DNA of 63,957 bases, the filler included, from Aduncisulcus paluster (lineage: Eukaryota): assembly GCA_024181965.1 (NCBI GenBank). It is 13 parts of 13 records of this genome, joined end to end, with 100 filler letters (N's around TTAATTAATTAA, not from the genome) between each part and the next. Parts side by side here need not be neighbours in the genome. Positions count along the whole stretch, not along the records: positions 57,514 to 59,868 come from BQXS01011677.1; positions 59,969 to 62,051 come from BQXS01011682.1; positions 62,152 to 63,957 come from BQXS01011738.1; 10 more parts are not named here. One strand, written 5' to 3'. Of the stretch, positions 59,184 to 63,957 are shown in pieces. The translations under genes were made by a program, and so were the position numbers. Numbering within the stretch: the first letter of the stretch is position 1; each line of letters opens with the position of its first letter. Under the pieces are notes generated by a model, which was not told the origin of the DNA, searched no databases, and saw only the letters and a program-made list of their open reading frames with translations.

Positions 59184-59868
59184 TCATTCAACCTTATCAA
59201 GCTCCTCTTCACGTACAATAAGCTTGCCAATATCGCCTCCGAGCACCCCAACACACTGAGAGAATGTGACAACTCCATGGCCGAAAGGATCCATTTTCTC
59301 AATCAATCCAAGGACCTTGCTCTTGGTACGAGACGGATTCACACTCAAAATAAGACCTTTGGCTTCTTTCTCATTGAGAATACCATCACCATCAGTGTCA
59401 AAAGACCTAAAAATAGATACAAACCGTTTCAAGAAGGTTTCATGGCCCCTAAGCTGATAGTTGAGGAGGATCTCCATGAACACACAGAAAGGCACCCTTC
59501 CCTTTGGAATTTTCTTCATCTTTTCCCTCTTTCTAACACCAGTGGCGATTCTGGCAGCCTCTTCCATCTCCTTCTGTTCCTTCCTGTACTTCTTGGAGGC
59601 CTCCTTGATGTGCTTGACAAGCTCTATAGAGTCAGAACCATACATATATCCAACAATATCGCTCCACTCACGCTCACGGATCTCACCGCGAGCACCAGTG
59701 CGTTGGTTAACCATACGTTTGAGCTGTTCCTCACTGATCATTGGGTGTTTACCGCGCAAGTACACACGCAGAAGCTCTATGACAGTTTCTTTGACCTGTT
59801 TCTGAACACTCACAAACTCTTCGTCGATTTCATTCCTTATAACTCTGGCGAACACGCAAACATAGTTG
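59184..59868 (-). CDS. EF-hand-containing protein, C-terminal part (5' truncated)
   Basis: FRSFDTDGDGILNEKE and MDPFGHGVVTFSQCV form an EF-hand pair. Confidence 0.75.
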
Positions 59869-60282
59869 NNNNNNNNNNNNNNNNNNNNNNNNNNNNNNNN
59901 NNNNNNNNNNNNTTAATTAATTAANNNNNNNNNNNNNNNNNNNNNNNNNNNNNNNNNNNNNNNNNNNNAGAACATATTCTCCAAATCGTCTGGGGATCAT
60001 CCCCAATATTGGGGATCCAATCGGTGCCGCCTTGTGCACTTGCTAAATACTTCAATTGCACCAAGTAAAAACGTACAACGAATTTTTTTTCTCGGATGAC
60101 TATTGACAAATATGAACGTGTTATGTGGATCCGTCTTGGTGTCGCTGAATAAGGAGATAAGACAAGTAGTACCGAGTAAGTATTCGGAAATTAAATTATA
60201 CGGTTGCCAAATGACGAAGTTATTGAAACGCTAACCTCCTCAATATTCTCATGATAGGATATCAGTGATTGACACGGAGAAA

Positions 60283-62051
60283 TAGACAAAATTGGATAGA
60301 TAATCTTATAAATTGTTACATGTTTCAAGTTTTCATCCATAGTTGGATTGTATTTATCTAATGATTCCATCATGTCGTTATCTATTTTGAAAACTTTGAT
60401 TAGAAACTTTTGCTTTGCAGTCTTCAAAATATTACTCGGATTTTTTATTGACCATATTTCAGTCAACATGTGAAAATATTTAATTTTTTGAAGTATTTTT
60501 GGGAATGATCTTTTATTGAATGACGATTCAGATCTAAATTTCAGATTTGAGCTTGTTTGAGCAGATTTCTAGAAATTGGTAATTATTTTCATATTATATT
60601 GAAACTTTTTACTTTTCCGAATTCCAAAATGGAAAGAAAATTCAGGAATCATCTAACCATTTTGATTAAAATCTTGATTGCTGGAATTTGATGAAGTCAG
60701 ATTTTTTTTAGCTTTTGAAACGGTATTATTTTTATCAACCATCATCTAAAACCTTATCAATTATTCATTGGAATTTATTTTCATGAAGAATCCTAAACCT
60801 CATGTTTCCTTTCATCTCGAAAAGAATGAAACATTTTTCTACAATACAGATGAATATCAATGTTATTTGGCCATTCCTGGCAAAAAGGAAAGAGAATTTC
60901 CTTGTTTGTTGAAGGAATTTCACGTTGGGAATCGTTTTCTATCAGCTTTTTTCCTTTCAAGTTTATCCCATCAATTTTTTACTCATCCATTTTCCAAAGA
61001 ATATTTGTTACATGATGTGAATCATTCCTTTCAAATGCTATTTCAAAAGGTCAGATTCGATCATTCGTCATCATTTTTCTCGATATCATTTAAATCTAAC
61101 CTGAAATATGATACTATTTCCACCAAATATCTTCCAAAGATACATAGACCTTATGTTTTACCGAAGTTTCTCCCTCCTGATCCCGAACCACAATCAATCC
61201 ATCCCGTTGGAATTATTGATTTTCAAGTGGGAGTTCAAGTGAAATCGGAAGTCTTTTTGCCTTCTAGGCCTAAATCCCAATCAATTAGACATCGGTTATC
61301 TCCGAAACACTCTATATCATCTCAAGACATTTTCGACATGCATTCTGTAAGATCACTGAAAAAATCGTCTTCAATGTTATTTAATTCATTTTCAATTCAT
61401 CCTCCAATGATTAAGATCAGAGATAGTCCACCAAATCTAAAGAATATGGATAGGAAAGTGAATCGTCGAAAAAGGGGTTCATTGAAACTTGATCCGCAAA
61501 GGATACCAAAGAATAGATTTGATATGCTTCAATGTCGTTCAAGAATCCCATTGATTCCAAAATTAAAGATTCCTTCTCATAAATAATGAAAAATTTTGCC
61601 AATTTGATGACATCTACTCCACTTTATTTTCAAAAAATTAGCGAGAACCTGCTTCGTCCTATAAATCCTATGGGGCGGCGGACAGTCACGTAAAAAAAGT
61701 TTTCCCCTGTTTTAAAAGGTTATCCTCCAATAAAGAATCCAATGAAAATAATTACCAATTTCTAGAAATCTGCTCAAACAAGCTCAAATCTGAAATTTAG
61801 ATCTGAATCGTCATTCAATAAAAGATCGTTCCCAAAAATACTTCAAAAAATTAAATATTTTCACATGTTGACTGAAATATGGTCAATAAAAAATCCGAGT
61901 AATATTTTGAAGACTGCAAAGCAAAAGTTTCTAATCAAAGTTTTCAAAATAGATAACGACATGATGGAATCATTAGATAAATACAATCCAACTATGGATG
62001 AAAACTTGAAACATGTAACAATTTATAAGATTATCTATCCAATTTTGTCTA
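60283..62051. repeat. 310-bp inverted repeat pair (60283-60592 / 61742-62051) around a 1149-bp spacer
   Basis: Arms are reverse complements with one mismatch seen. The same ORF start (MLTEIWSIKNPS...) reads outward from both arms. The right arm runs to the contig end. Confidence 0.93.
60783..61586 (+). CDS. Orphan ORF between the inverted repeats
   Basis: About 267 codons from the ATG at 60783 in AT-rich DNA; no motif recognised. Confidence 0.55.
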   Translation: MKNPKPHVSFHLEKNETFFYNTDEYQCYLAIPGKKEREFPCLLKEFHVGNRFLSAFFLSSLSHQFFTHPFSKEYLLHDVNHSFQMLFQKVRFDHSSSFFSISFKSNLKYDTISTKYLPKIHRPYVLPKFLPPDPEPQSIHPVGIIDFQVGVQVKSEVFLPSRPKSQSIRHRLSPKHSISSQDIFDMHSVRSLKKSSSMLFNSFSIHPPMIKIRDSPPNLKNMDRKVNRRKRGSLKLDPQRIPKNRFDMLQCRSRIPLIPKLKIPSHK

Positions 62052-62413
62052 NNNNNNNNNNNNNNNNNNNNNNNNNNNNNNNNNNNNNNNNNNNNTTAAT
62101 TAATTAANNNNNNNNNNNNNNNNNNNNNNNNNNNNNNNNNNNNNNNNNNNNACTCGAAAAAAATAAATTCATAGATCTAATACGCCAGTCCAGGTTGATG
62201 ACCAAAGAAATAATCCAAACAAAACAAAACAAAACAAACAAACAAACAAACAAACAAAAAAAGAATTTCATAATCCAATTTGGATTCCAAACAAGTTAAC
62301 GAAACAAATAATTAGTTATCCATCAAGAACAAGAATATCAGACACTAAAACATCTAAATTATCAAGGAAACTAAACAAAACTTAGATCAAATTCATGTGT
62401 TGGTTCCAATTTT

Positions 62414-63957
62414 TCAAAAGAAACTATATGGTCTCTGTGAACCCGAATATTTCCTCTCACAAGCTCTTCCATACCACCCTTCCTTACATTTACAAGCTCT
62501 GGATCCATCATGGATGGTGGAACATCCATACGAAGACTCAGGATTGCACATGCAAATGTCACGTTCACAGAACATTCCACCCCAGCCTACCTTACACGAA
62601 CAGTAGAAGGGAGGCTCATTCTTGGAGGAATCACCAGCAATACACGAACCATGGTCGAAACATTCGGAGTCATACCCATACTCACCGTATCCAATGGCAC
62701 ACATGTTCCACTGACATGCATCTCCACTGAATCCCCATGCACACAGACACGAGTGAGTGAGAGGGTTGCACACACCAAGACCGGAACAAAGAACGTCACT
62801 TGAAGGGTGTGTTGGGCATTCATCAGTGCATGATTCACCAAACCAAATGTATTGTGGATTCATGTCATCTTCATCACTTGTGTCCACCACACATTCACAT
62901 TCACCTGTAACTGTGTCACACTCACCATGCCCACCACACAAAACTCCATTCGAAGAAATTGGGCAAAGATTCTCATCACAATAAGAACCGTTCCAACCAT
63001 GTTCGCATGAACAAGAAGCAACCATGGTCTCCTCATTTAACTCACAAACACCATGACTCGAAGCAGAGGTGCCACATTCAGAGCATGCTGTATCATTTCC
63101 AGGTATATCCTTATAATCTGGGTGTGTTGCAGGATCAATGCATGTGCCAGAAGACGAACTCAGAGCAAGACCATGTGGAGCACATTCACATGTGGATGAT
63201 GATTCATTCGCATATGCAGAATAGCTTGCGGTTGTGGGATCAGAACTATCGGAATAAGAATAATCCCTACCACAAAGATAGTCCTCAGCCTCTCCATCAG
63301 AAGACACAAACACATCGGTGGGGATTGTTGAGAAACAAGATGATCCATACCATCCTGAGGAACATTCACATACGATAGCTTCAGAAGACACAGAAGAAGG
63401 ATCAGAAGAGGATGGATCAAGGAAGGATCCAACAGAACATGTTCCATTTCCTCCACATGAATCGTCATCAGAACAACTCAATTGGCATACTGAGCCATAA
63501 TACCCAGACTCACACACACATGTATGGGTGGCAGCATCACATGTTCCACGAGAAGATCCACTGCACAAACCAAGATCATCAGAAACAGGACAAAGGGACG
63601 AACAATCAGTCCCATACCATCCATCAGAACACTCACAGAATAGTGGAGAGGATTCATCACCAGAGTCAGCATCATACACACATGTACCACGTTCACCACC
63701 ACAATTGGAACATTCAGAAGAAGAAGCAGAAATACATTCACCAGAGGATATGTCTTCATAGTATCCTGACCCACAGATACATGTCAACTCTGTATCATCA
63801 ACATTGTCAACAGAATAATCAACTCCACATACAAGATGATCTTCCAGATATGAGCACGATGAATCAGAAGAATCTGATCCACATGCAGATGTTGTATCCT
63901 GGGAAACAGAACCTGCTGGATCAACCACATCTCCAAACACAACCTCAACATTCTCTC
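62414..63957 (-). CDS. Tenascin-like EGF-repeat protein, C-terminal part
   Basis: Repeated C.C..GW.G..C and CSG.G.C units. Confidence 0.92.
   Translation of the reverse strand, partial: ENVEVVFGDVVDPAGSVSQDTTSACGSDSSDSSCSYLEDHLVCGVDYSVDNVDDTELTCICGSGYYEDISSGECISASSSECSNCGGERGTCVYDADSGDESSPLFCECSDGWYGTDCSSLCPVSDDLGLCSGSSRGTCDAATHTCVCESGYYGSVCQLSCSDDDSCGGNGTCSVGSFLDPSSSDPSSVSSEAIVCECSSGWYGSSCFSTIPTDVFVSSDGEAEDYLCGRDYSYSDSSDPTTASYSAYANESSSTCECAPHGLALSSSSGTCIDPATHPDYKDIPGNDTACSECGTSASSHGVCELNEETMVASCSCEHGWNGSYCDENLCPISSNGVLCGGHGECDTVTGECECVVDTSDEDDMNPQYIWFGESCTDECPTHPSSDVLCSGLGVCNPLTHSCLCAWGFSGDACQWNMCAIGYGEYGYDSECFDHGSCIAGDSSKNEPPFYCSCKVGWGGMFCERDICMCNPESSYGCSTIHDGSRACKCKEGWYGRACERKYSGSQRPYSFF

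Overview
This is eukaryotic DNA, not one continuous locus. Thirteen contigs/scaffolds are joined by twelve artificial N44-TTAATTAATTAA-N44 linkers, and four internal 20-N gaps have duplicated flanks. Compact genes, short GTATGH...AG introns, the standard code and several expanded gene families point to a free-living fornicate (Carpediemonas-like, probably Aduncisulcus); this is inferred from recalled family signatures. Housekeeping content: HAL, Rab, TPGS1-like, PARG, HBS1, glycerate kinase, ATR-like PIKK, HMG-box, SCP phosphatase, TMEM216-like, MOB4, NBP35, 2-Cys peroxiredoxin, Vta1-like, DEAH helicase, CCT-alpha, F-BAR, NEK, deoxynucleoside kinase, LRR/EGF surface proteins, tRNA-Gly(GCC) and tRNA-Val(TAC). 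Mobile content: a Ty3/gypsy pol with one in-frame stop, a damaged Fanzor/TnpB C-terminus, and a 310-bp inverted-repeat pair around an orphan ORF. The most striking unannotated signal is intergenic: clustered, overlapping palindromes with a single central base (arms 5-12 bp). Several parse exactly as 8-bp target site minus 1 nt, then the inverted target site, then the target site minus 1 nt. That is the predicted scar of hairpin-mediated (hAT-type) excision, here apparently stacked at hotspots.
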